Assembly (NCBI GenBank): GCA_051294375.1
Contig: JBJCIZ010000224.1
Span: forward strand, 1-64,000
Source: Paraspadella gotoi
Lineage: Eukaryota; Animalia; Chaetognatha
Direction: 5' to 3'
DNA length: 64,000 nucleotides
In this document: positions 23,869 through 35,239 of the stretch, piece by piece
Numbering within the stretch: position 1 is the stretch's first letter
How the letters are laid out: every line of letters starts with the position of its first letter
The notes under the pieces: model-generated
Databases searched by the model: none
Seen by the model: the letters and a program-made list of their open reading frames with translations, nothing else
Told to the model about the DNA's origin: nothing
Translations under genes and position numbers: made by a program

Positions 23869-25190
23869 TCCATCTTCCCCGACGCCATCTTTGTTTTTTT
23901 CTTCCATCTTCGTCGTAATTTGATGCCAACGATCGTTTTTGTTTATAGAAAATGCAAACAAATTTTTCAAATCCAACTTTTTATATCTAAAGAGTTGTAT
24001 ATCTATTATTATTAAGGTCTCAAGGTTTGCAAGTTTGGCACTAACTTCTCACCTGTCAATGTCATTAATGTCAATGTCATTAAAGTCATAAATGTCATTA
24101 ATGTCATTAATATCAATGTCATTAATCAATCAATTTAATTCTGTTTCTCTACATCTTCCTCCTCCGCCTCCTCCTCCTCTTCCTCCTCCTCCTCCTCCTC
24201 CTCTTTATCTTCCTCTCCATTTTGAATTAGTGACTTTCTTTACTCTTTTCCTCTAAACTTTCCCAAGTCGATGATTTTCCCTTTTATATTTTTTTCCCGC
24301 CAAAAATGCGTGTTTATGTCGTTAACGCCGGTAACGTCAAGAGAGAGAGAGAAAGAGAGAGAGTGAGAGAGAGAGAGATAGAGAGAGAGAGAGNNNNNNN
24401 NNNNNNNNNNNNNNNNNNNNNNNNNNNNNNNNNNNNNNNNNNNNNNNNNNNNNNNNNNNNNNNNNNNNNNNNNNNNNNNNNNNNNNNNNNNNNNNNNNNN
24501 NNNNNNNNNNNNNNNNNNNNNNNNNNNNNNNNNNNNNNNNNNNNNNNNNNNNNNNNNNNNNNNNNNNNNNNNNNNNNNTGATGATGATGATGATGATGAT
24601 GATGTTGATGATGATGGTTTTGACAACAACGATAAAAAAATAGTATGAAAGCAAGTAAATCGTAGTAAAATAAAAAAAGTAATAAGTGATACAAACGTAA
24701 AAATTATGGTGTATGTATAAATTATAAACAATAAAAAAAGGAAAGGAAAATAGAAAAAAGGTCAAAAAAACAGAAAGAGGAAATAAAGGAAAAGGAACTT
24801 GAAGAAGAAAGAGAAACAGAAAGAGAAACAGAAAGAGGAAAGGAACTTGAAGAAGAATCGCGGAGCAAAGAAAAGAGAAGAGGAAAGAGAAAGTCGAGTC
24901 AATTAATCAGGAGAGAAAGAGAGGAAGATATAAAAAGGGGATTTAAAAAAAAAAAAAAAAATTCGACATGTTATAACTTATAAATAAGGAAGATAGAAAA
25001 TTAAGTAGATGAATAATAAAAAGTAGTGTTATAAAAAGGAAAGCGTTAGAAAAAAAAGAGGAAAAGACAAAGGAAAAGTTAAACCAACAGAGTTTAAAAT
25101 TACGGAAAATACTGAAAAACTCCGGAAGGAAAGATTGAAGGAAAGAAGAGAAGCCCTTTTTCTATGCGAGGATAAAAAGAAGGCGAAAAA

Positions 25191-25319
25191 AGAAGAAGAA
25201 GAAGAAGAAGAAGAAGAAGAAGAAGAAGAAGAAGAAGAAGAAGAAGAAGAAGAAGAAGAAGAAGAAGAAGAAGAAGAAGAAGAAGAAGAAGAAGAAGAAG
25301 AAGAAGAAGAAGAAGAAGA
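25191..25319 (+). repeat. Perfect (GAA)n microsatellite
   Basis: About 43 GAA units. Confidence 0.98.
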
Positions 25320-27100
25320 GAAAAAAAAGAGAAGTTTTAGCGGAAGGAGAAAAAAAAGTGAGGGAAGCGAAAGTGGAATTCGACGAACGACGAAGACAAA
25401 AGACGAGGAAGACTAAAGACGAAGACGAAAGGCGAAGACGAAAGGCGAAGTAGTAGTCGACGAGTGAAAAAGGAAACAAATGTTTTAAATGAAAACGACA
25501 AAGATGACAACTCCGAGGCGAATGGTGAAAGACAAGCGGCAAAGAAGAAAGGACGAACGGCGAACGCCAACGACGAAAATGATGACTCCGAGGCAAAAGG
25601 CGAAAGACANNNNNNNNNNNNNNNNNNNNNNNNNNNNNNNNNNNNNNNNNNNNNNNNNNNNNNNNNNNNNNNNNNNNNNNNNNNNNNNNNNNNNNNNNNN
25701 NNNNNNNNNNNNNNNNNNNNNNNNNNNNNNNNNNNNNNNNNNNNNNNNNNNNNNNNNNNNNNNNNNNNNNNNNNNNNNNNNNNNNNNNNNNNNNNNNNNN
25801 NNNNNNNNNNNNNNNNNNNNNNNNNNNNNNNNNNNNNNNNNNNNNNNNNNNNNNNNNNNNNNNNNNNNNNNNNNNNNNNNNNNNNNNNNNNNNNNNNNNN
25901 NNNNNNNNNNNNNNNNNNNNNNNNNNNNNNNNNNNNNNNNNNNNNNNNNNNNNNNNNNNNNNNNNNNNNNNNNNNNNNNNNNNNNNNNNNNNNNNNNNNN
26001 NNNNNNNNNNNNNNNNNNNNNNNNNNNNNNNNNNNNNNNNNNNNNNNNNNNNNNNNNNNNNNNNNNNNNNNNNNNNNNNNNNNNNNNNNNNNNNNNNNNN
26101 NNNNNNNNNNNNNNNNNNNNNNNNNNNNNNNNNNNNNNNNNNNNNNNNNNNNNNNNNNNNNNNNNNNNNNNNNNNNNNNNNNNNNNNNNNNNNNNNNNNN
26201 NNNNNNNNNNNNNNNNNNNNNNNNNNNNNNNNNNNNNNNNNNNNNNNNNNNNNNNNNNNNNNNNNNNNNNNNNNNNNNNNNNNNNNNNNNNNNNNNNNNN
26301 NNNNNNNNNNNNNNNNNNNNNNNNNNNNNNNNNNNNNNNNNNNNNNNNNNNNNNNNNNNNNNNNNNNNNNNNNNNNNNNNNNNNNNNNNNNNNNNNNNNN
26401 NNNNNNNNNNNNNNNNNNNNNNNNNNNNNNNNNNNNNNNNNNNNNNNNNNNNNNNNNNNNNNNNNNNNNNNNNNNNNNNNNNNNTGGGGAATTAGGAAGA
26501 TAGTGAGGGAATATATGAAGAACGGAAAAAGAGGGAAAGAAAAGTGAATGGGATGGAGAATTAAAATGAGATGAAGAACTATTGGAATATCAAGAAAAGA
26601 AAGAAAATATTAGAGACGGAGATAAAGAGATGTCGCTTTGCGCGGAGGAAAATCGCCTTGCTGAAATAAAAGAACATCGAAGAGTAATTTCGTAAGAAAG
26701 AATCAAAGAAAGAGTGAAAATTTTGGTTTACAAAGAAATTGACGTCGATTATTTTTCCTTTTTGAAGGGAAAATTGTTTTGAACCGTTTAAATTTAACGC
26801 TTAAAAATTATTAAAACAGTAAAATATGAATTAATTACACTACTAAATCGCTAGAAAAGTGAAACTTAAAAACCCTGTAATTAGGAATGTGACATGATTT
26901 GATGCGATATGATGATATTTCTTAATGTATTCAACATTACGCCCCCTCGTAAATTTTCGGATTCACGGTTCTTTTTTTTTGTTTAAATTTAAATTTAATA
27001 TTTAAAATTTCTAAAACGAGGAGTCGAACTCGTGACCAGAGAATTCGATTATAAAGAGCAGACGAAGCTAATTAACTTCGCCCGCGCCCTCTGGTCGATG

Positions 27101-27155
<55 letters not shown>

Positions 27156-28067
27156 GGACGCCATTTTTGCCAAGAAGCGAAATTTCATTTCGAGCGAAAA
27201 TTCGTCTCGTTAAAAAAAAAAATAATAACCGGCGAATATAAACAAAAAAGAAACAAACTAAAAATAAACCAAAAAAAATAGAAGACGATGTGGNNNNNNN
27301 NNNNNNNNNNNNNNNNNNNNNNNNNNNNNNNNNNNNNNNNNNNNNNNNNNNNNNNNNNNNNNNNNNNNNNNNNNNNNNNNNNNNNNNNNNNNNNNNNNNN
27401 NNNNNNNNNNNNNNNNNNNNNNNNNNNNNNNNNNNNNNNNNNNNNNNNNNNNNNNNNNNNNNNNNNNNNNNNNNNNNNNNNNNNNNNNNNNNNNNNNNNN
27501 NNNGAGAGAGAGAGAGAGAGAGAGCGTCGTCATCAGACTTGGCTCGTTTTAAATCGTTGGCGAAACAACAATCGACGTTGTGAAAGTGAAGCTTCGTTTG
27601 GGTCAGAAATTTCTTGGTTTAACCAACTTTGTGAATTTCACCAAGTACTTAGTCTCATTGTGAAAATCAGAAGCCTTTCCTCCTTCGTCACAATTAACGC
27701 ACATGACGTCTTTTCTTTTAATTTCAACCTCGCCCACTTTCACTGCTCACATTCCGTCCCAGTCTTTTCATGCTCACCCCAACTTTCTTTTTCCGGGATT
27801 CCAGCTGCCACAATCAGTGTCTGGATCTCTCTCTCTCTCTCTCTCTNNNNNNNNNNNNNNNNNNNNNNNNNNNNNNNNNNNNNNNNNNNNNNNNNNNNNN
27901 NNNNNNNNNNNNNNNNNNNNNNNNNNNNNNNNNNNNNNNNNNNNNNNNNNNNNNNNNNNNNNNNNNNNNNNNNNNNNNNNNNTCTCTCCTTTGAAGTTTG
28001 ATAATCGCAAAAGAAAGTTCATCGCACGAACGAATCCCCGTCAGCATCGGGCGCCGACGCCACCTGT

Positions 28068-28460
28068 CAGCACCTGTCTTTTTCCTTATAATTCGCGTGT
28101 GTCGTCAGTGACCCAACTCCCAATCACTTCCAAGCTGCACCTGTCATTGACCGCAAATTCCTTCGACATTAAAGAATCCCCTCAGTCCTGTCATTGACCT
28201 GCACCTCTCATTGGCCTGCATCTGTCATTGACCGCGAATTTCTTCCACTTTAAAAAATGCCCTCAATCATGTCATTAACCTGCACCTGTCATTGACATGC
28301 ACCTGTCATTGATTGATCCTGTCATAGACCGCGAATTTCTTCGACATTAAAGAATCCTCTCAATCCTGTCATTGACCTGCACCTATCATTGACATGCATC
28401 TGACATTGAACTGCACTTGGCATTGACCGCAAATTTCTTCGACATTAAAGAATCCCTTCG
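28068..28460 (+). repeat. Compound minisatellite: 17-bp GCACCTGTCATTGACCT subunits plus a four-times repeated longer block
   Basis: The block GACCGCRAATTYCTTCGACATTAAAGAATCC occurs four times, separated by variable numbers of 17-mers. Confidence 0.9.
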
Positions 28461-28564
28461 ATCTCGTTATCTTTCCCCTACCGAGGAGATAAATCTCTCA
28501 TAGCGTCTCACCTCGTGGAGATTTGGAGAGACGAACGATTTAACGAGAGAAGAAATGAAGGACG

Positions 28565-28860
28565 GAACAAACGAAATAACGAACGGAGGAAAGAACGAAA
28601 TAACGAACGGAGGAAAGAACGAAATAACGAACGGAGGAAAGAAGAAATAATGAACGGAGGAACAAACGAAATAACGAACGGAGGAAAGAACGAAATAACG
28701 AACGGAGGAAAGAACGAAATAACGAACGGAGGAAAGAACGAAATAACGAACGGAGGAAAGAACGAAATAACGAACGAAGGAACAAATGAAACAACGAACG
28801 AAGGAACAAATGAAATAACGAACGGAGGATCCAACGAAATAAGGAAAGAACGAAGAAATA
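28565..28860 (+). repeat. 24-bp tandem repeat AACGAAATAACGAACGGAGGAAAG
   Basis: About 11-12 near-perfect units. Confidence 0.95.
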
Positions 28861-29064
28861 AATGAAATTGATTAATATAAAAAAAATTTAATTAAAGTTA
28901 ATCCATTTAGAGCCAGACAAAACAAGCTAATTATTTCGACCTACATTTATGTAAAATCTCAAAATCAATAAAAAAAACTTTATAATTGCAATCTTTCATT
29001 TTTGTAAATTAGTATATGTAAAATATTTTTTCTTTACCATTATTTTCGCTACATTTCTGCGCAT

Positions 29065-29550
29065 TTCCTTTCTTTTCTCCTTTCCTTCACTTTTCCTTTT
29101 ATTTCTCCTTTCCTCCACTTTTCCTTTTCTTTCTCCTTTCCTCCACTTTTTTATGCTTTCCTCCACTTTTCCTTTTCTTTCTCCTTTTCTCCACTTTTTC
29201 TTTTTTTCTCCTTGTCTCCACTTTTCCTTTTCTTTCTCCTTTTTTTCACTTTTCTTTTTATTTCTCCTTTCCTCCACTTTTTTATGCTTTCCTNNNNNNN
29301 NNNNNNNNNNNNNNNNNNNNNNNNNNNNNNNNNNNNNNNNNNNNNNNNNNNNNNNNNNNNNNNNNNNNNNNNNNNNNNNNNNNNNNNNNNNNNNNNNNNN
29401 NNNNNNNNNNNNNNNNNNNNNNNNNNNNNNNNNNNNNNNNNNNNNNNNNNNNNNNNNNNNNNNNNNNNNNNNNNNNNNNNNNNNNNNNNNNNNNNNNNNN
29501 NNNNNNNNNNNACTTTTCCTTTTCTTTCTCCTTTCCTCCACTTTTCCTTT
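29065..29550 (+). repeat. ~29-bp pyrimidine minisatellite TTTCTCCTTTCCTCCACTTTTCCTTTTC
   Basis: Tandem units on both sides of an N gap. The core is complementary to the AAGTGGAGGAAAGG units at 30680-30990. Confidence 0.85.
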
Positions 29551-29566
29551 TTTCGTCGCCGGAATC

Positions 29567-29641
29567 GACGTCTAAAAAAAGAAGAAAAAAAATTCGTTGG
29601 CTTCGACTGTAGACGCTGACGACAACAACAACTACAACGAA

Positions 29642-29672
<31 letters not shown>

Positions 29673-31495
29673 GACGAGAGAGAGAGGAGAGACGAGAGAA
29701 GCGAGAGGGATGGGGGGAGGGAGAGAGAGCGGGAAGAGGATGAGAGGGTGAGAGAGAGAGAGGGGGGGAGGGGTGAGAGAGAGAGGGGGGAGATGGGAGA
29801 GGGAGGAGGAGGGAGAGGAGAGAGAAAGTAGAGCGAGGAGAGAAGCCGAGAGAGATGAGAGAGAGAGGAGAAGAGATGAGAAAGGAGAGAGAGAGAGAGA
29901 GAGGAGAGAGAGATGTGCGACAGCCAGACAGCCGAACTTGTAAGACAGAACGAGTCTGCAATCGGCGGGCGAAAACTCGAAGAAGTAGAAGAAGAAGAAG
30001 AAAAAGAAAAANNNNNNNNNNNNNNNNNNNNNNNNNAGAAAAAGAAAAAGAAAAAGAAAAAGAAGAAGAAGAAGAATTATTGTTAGTATTATTGATAATA
30101 ATTAAATTAATATCTAGAAATTAGTGTATTTAATCCTTTCTTTTTCGTTGTATTGAATTTATTACAGAATGGCAATTTTTTTTTCATCCAAAGCAGAATC
30201 ATGTCCGTTTCTATGTTAAATTAAAATTAATTTTCCGAAAATCTCAAAATCATCAAATTTTTTTGCCAGTTTAAACGAAATGATTATTAATATTTATTGA
30301 TGAATAAATAAAATTTTTGGTTTGGTTTTAAAAAAAAAATTAATTCTGAAATTTCGAGAATTGAAGGAAAAAAAGTGAGTTTAATTCGAAGTGAGGAAAA
30401 TTAGGGTAAGGAAGGGTAAGGTCGGGTATTTAATGGGAGGGGGGAGAGAATGTGACGCATGAGGGGATGGGTGACAAAGGGTGAAGCAAAAAAGAAAGGA
30501 AAAGAAAGAGAGAGATGGGAGATAAAAAAATATCGATAACAATGGTTCTCTTGAAATGAAGGAGAAACGAGGAAGCGGAGGAAGAGCGTGAAAGGATCGA
30601 GGAAAGACATAAAAGAATGAAACAAAGAAGAAGACGCGGAGGCAGAGAAAAGGAAAAAAAAGGAACGGCGGGAAAAAAGTGGAGGAAAAGGAATGAGATG
30701 AAAATTCGGAAAAGAAAAGGGAGGAAATCTTGGAGGAGAATCGTCGCGGGTTTAAAGAAGGAAAATAAGTGGAGGAAAGGAAAGGTTAAAAGGAAAAGAA
30801 AGAAGTGGCGGGAAAGAAAGGAGAGGGAAAAAAGAAAGGTTGAAAGAAAAAGAAAAGAAGTGGAGGAAAGGAAAGGAAGAGAGGAAAAGGAAAGGTTAAT
30901 TGAAAAGAAAAAGAGTGGCGGGAAAGAAAAGGAGAGGGTAAAAAGAAAGGTTAAAAGGAAAAGAAAAGAAGTGGAGAAAAGGAAAGAAGAAAAAGAGGAA
31001 AGGAGGAAGGGCGAGAGAGAAATATTCCTTGGAGAAGACCGGAGATGGACTAGCGTTTAAAAATTAAACAGCAGGAAGAAAACAAAGAAGAAAAACACGA
31101 AGTTCTCTCGCGTAGGTTTAAAGGAATTCCTTCATAAATCAGGAGATGATCGTGAGGAAAGACGATAGAGAGAGAGAGGGCGGTGTGAGGGAGAGAGAGA
31201 GAGGGAGGGAGGTATAGGCAGGGAGAGAGGGAGAAATGAAAAAGAGAGGACACGACTAGAACAAGGAGAGAGAAAAAAAAAACAGATTAAAAAGAAACTT
31301 GAGAAATGCTAAACGCCAAGAGAATCAAGAAGACACACAGAGAGAAATACAGACAGACAGGCAGACAGTAGACCTACAGATAAGAAAGACAGTCAAACCT
31401 TCCGAAATTAGCAGTGCGAGAACGGAGGAGAGGACCCGACATAAAGACAGCCGAACCAGCGGTCTAAAGAAGTGAGAGTCGGAAGTGAGAGAGAG

Positions 31496-31558
<63 letters not shown>

Positions 31559-32277
31559 CATAGAGAAGAGAGAGCGCAGAAGGCAGTTGGAGCGAAGCGG
31601 CGGCGTCCAGCGATTCCCTCTAAGGCCTTGGGAGGGCAGGATTTACTGCCTCCGCGGTCACTGCCCTCGGCGATGGCGTCTTAGCGAAGGAAATAAAGGA
31701 TTGGGAGACGAGAGGGAGAGAGAGAGAGGGAAGAGGGAGGAAGGATGGGAGGAGGGATGGAGAGTTGGGGAGGAAGGGAGAAGAGGGAAAGAGGGAAGGG
31801 GAGGAGGAAGGAAAAGCGATTAAAGGGTTGGGAAGAGGAAAGGAAGGAAAAGAAAGGAAGAGGGGGAGGGGAGGAGAGGAAGAGAAGAAAAGAAGAGAAG
31901 GAAAAAAGAAGAAGAAAGAAGAAAGGAAAGGGAACAAAGTTTGGGGGGAAAACCGAGAACCGAATTTTAGTAGGAAAATAGAAGAGAAGGAGAGAAATTC
32001 AAATGATGAAGAAAAAGAAATAAAAATGAAGGATTAAAGGAAGAAAGAAAAAGAAAATGAGAACGACTACATGACTACAATAACTTTTTTAGCCCGTGTA
32101 TTTATGACCTTCACTGCAATCAAATCCGTCTTACATTCTATTTTAGGTTTAGGATTTCCTGTAGGCGGCGCTTGCAGTCACTTGAATTGAGGTTTTTCTC
32201 TGTCTTAACAAAATAGCAACCAATTATTGGGAAATTAATATGCATTTTTAACGTAAGTGGGACAGACCGACGGACGG
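29567..32277 (+). repeat. Block Y, copy 1 (partial)
   Basis: Near-identical and collinear with 54013-56733, from GACGTCTAAAAAAAGAAG to ACGTAAGTGGGACAGACCGACGGACG. Confidence 0.95.
32060..32277 (+). mobile_element. DINE-1/HINE-like fragment within block Y
   Basis: CATGACTACAATAACTTT...GGCGCTTGCAGTCAC...TGTCTTAACAAAATAGCAA...ACGTAAGTGGGACAGACCGACGG. Confidence 0.5.
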
Positions 32278-33699
32278 AAACTCTCCTCTCAAGATGTTGA
32301 ATGTACATTGACGCAATCTCAATCGTTCTGCACATTCATCTCCTGAGGATACTTCAGCATCTCTCTCTTCTCAGGCACTGTCTAATAGAAAAAAAAAAAA
32401 AAAAAACAAAAAAAAAAAAAAAAACCAAAAATAATTTCAATTTAAAAAAAAAGTGAAAAGATTAAATACTTTGCAAGGCGTATTTTTTTTCCGCTCCCCT
32501 GAATTCTATAGACTGTGCGCTAACGACTGAGATGTTTCCAAAATAACAACGGTGTCATAAAGGGTCAAGATCAGACAAAATCTCCGATAATCTTCGTAAT
32601 AAAAAGAAGAGGAAACAAAAGAATCAGAAAAAAAAGTTCTTTTCTTTTTTTTTTTTTCACTCGTTCTCTCCACGATTCCACCGGAAAAGGGAGGTAGGAA
32701 ACAATGGGGGGGGGGGAGGGCCTTCGATGTATATTTGGCTTCAGCGGGTTCGGTCCGCCCGTCTGATTGACAGCAGAGGTCGTGACGCGGACGGAACGGT
32801 GCACGTCCCGGCCGCGGAAACATAATCAAAGGCCGCGGTTGAGAGAGACGTTAGCAGTCAAATATGGAGGAACCCGAGTATAACTTGTTGCGCAAAACGG
32901 CGGTTGTACGGTTAGCGTTGTGATCACTTGTCGCATGAAGTTAGAACAGACAGTTGCCACGACGTTTTGCATTTCTTTTCTGAAGCTGATACTGAACTGA
33001 TTTCTGGCCAAGGAAGCGTTGCAAGGCGTTTCGAGGCGTTTGCAAGACGTTGCAATGACGATAAATCTTTCCGATAGTCGATCTTTTTTTTCTTTCGTCC
33101 CTCGAACGTTAAAGTCAGCGTGAACTAAAAAAAAACTGTTTATAAGCGATCGTGACATTCGCGTTCCTAACGATTGCAGTACATAGCGGTTGCCCACTGC
33201 TCTAAAATCGCCTCACGTCCAAGGCATCGACGGATTTTGCCACCTCTCACGTCTCTGAGCGATCACGCGCCGTCTCGAACTTTCTACTCAATGGTTGCCG
33301 ACGTACGTGACACGTGACTGAACTTGAGCGACGGTCCTGCCTCTATTCATAGGACGAGGGGCGTGTTGGCTTATTTCAAAACCGATCAGACGACGACGCA
33401 CGAACGGAGATTTGCCGTTCTCTCACTGAGTTCCAATTGTTTGTCGTTGTTGGTTCATCCTCAAATCGTCAGTCGTCGTCGTCGTCTGTCCTCTGTCGCT
33501 GCGCCGTCATCATCGTCGTCGTCGCTAAGTTCTCGCCCTTACTGTCGGCTCTGAAGCGCCTCGATAAATGACGGCAGGTTTTTTACCGGAGTCATGCCTC
33601 ATCCGCCGTTCCACCTCCAGGGGCAAGAGAGATCTAGACGGGTCGTCTACATAAAAGCTTTCCTGTAGGGAATAAAGGCTTCGCGCGCAGAAACGGTTC

Positions 33700-33918
33700 T
33701 CTAATTAATGGCGGCCCACAAGGGCCCTGTTGGCTGGCGGGCGTCTTTTGCCGGCTAATGGCGCCCATGAAAGCCGCTGGTTGGCTCTCGTTGGCGGCGT
33801 CTTTTAAATATAACTAATGGTGCCCAAACATATCTACTTAAGCTGCGCTGTTTCCTGTGTGGCGTCTTTTCCGCTTAGGCTGCCCCAAAAGTGCTAGTTG
33901 GCGAGGGCTAAGGCGTTC
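33700..33918 (+). repeat. Noisy ~40-45 bp minisatellite CTAATGGCGCC..A..CGCTGTTGGCTGGTGGCGTCTTTT
   Basis: Four to five recognisable units; the same family recurs at 34778-35234. Confidence 0.75.
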
Positions 33919-34777
33919 AGTCACGTGAAAGTTTACGCTACGAAAATTCTAAAAAGGTCCCAATTATGAACAACATAATATAACCTATCAAAGTGAACGA
34001 CATGAGTTTAATTTTAAAAAAAATAAAAATTAAATTTTATTGTTTTTTTTTAATTTTTTATTTGCCAGTAAGCCCTATATTTATATTATAGATATTCTAT
34101 CCTTAATAAAAAAAAATCCGAAAAATTTTTCAAATAGGCCTTTTTCCTTAATTTGGATTGAGCAGGATTGAATTTCTCCTCTAATGACCAAAAATGTTTG
34201 ATTAACACACCAGAAAATAAAAATAAATTATTTTGAAAAATTCTTGCTCTTCATTAAGGAGTGGGTTTAAAAATTACAAAACAGAATATTTAATAGTATT
34301 AAAATATCGCTTATACTCTTTCAGCTTAAAATATAGTTTATTATCTCTTCTCTCTCCAATTTTTTTGACCTCTCTACCTTCTCTAATGAAGGAATCTTAA
34401 AAAAGAGTTATATATTTCTTTTTTATGCAAACTTTTTATGAAACGAATCTCCAAATCTGGCATAAAAAATATCCTTTAAGAAAAAAAACTGTTTTTAATA
34501 AAAAATTTTAAACATTTATTGGATTAGTACTTCAAGTACAAATACAATCAATTATGGCCTAACGTACTGCGTAAATTGTAAAATTTATTTCATAAAATCT
34601 TCTTTGTTAATTACCATATAAATGTCTTTCATCAATATGATCGCTAGTATATCGATGTTGTTTCGTGTCTTGATCCTTCCAACCCTGTTTTAGAATTTTA
34701 ATTTAAAGGTTAAGAAATCTTTGTAGGAGGAATTTTTACTAACGGCTTAAACGTGAGGGCTTCTCTCTTCTCCGATC

Positions 34778-35234
34778 GGCAGTCTTTTAACTAAATGGCG
34801 CTGGGACTAGCCGCTGCTTCAGGTGGCGTGCTTCGCTAATGTGGTTTTCGTCCCCTACTTACAGCGCTGTTGGCTGGTGGGCAGTCCTTTTACTATTGGT
34901 GCCTACTGCCGGCTTTCTGCTCTTGCCAGGTGTTGCTTGTCTTGTCTATATGTGTTGCCCAAAAGAGCCTGTTGGCTGAATGGCGTCTTTTTTAACTAAT
35001 GGCGCCTACATAGCACCTTCTGTCTGTTTCCCAGTCAGTGGCGTCTTTCACCATATCGCGGGGACAGACGCAAAAGAGTGCTGGTTGGCTGAGACTCTTT
35101 CCTCGTCTCTTACCTAATGGCGCCTACTAAATCGCCGCTGTTTCCAAATCGTTGCCGTCTTTTCGCTAGATGGCGCAGCCCCACCAATGCGCTGTTGGCT
35201 GGTCTGGCGTCACTTTTTCGCCTATGGCTCCCAC
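34778..35234 (+). repeat. Second array of the CTAATGGCGCC/GCTGTTGGCTG minisatellite
   Basis: Units alternate between GCTGTTGGCTG and GCTGTTTCC variants. Confidence 0.75.
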
Positions 35235-35239
35235 AATAT

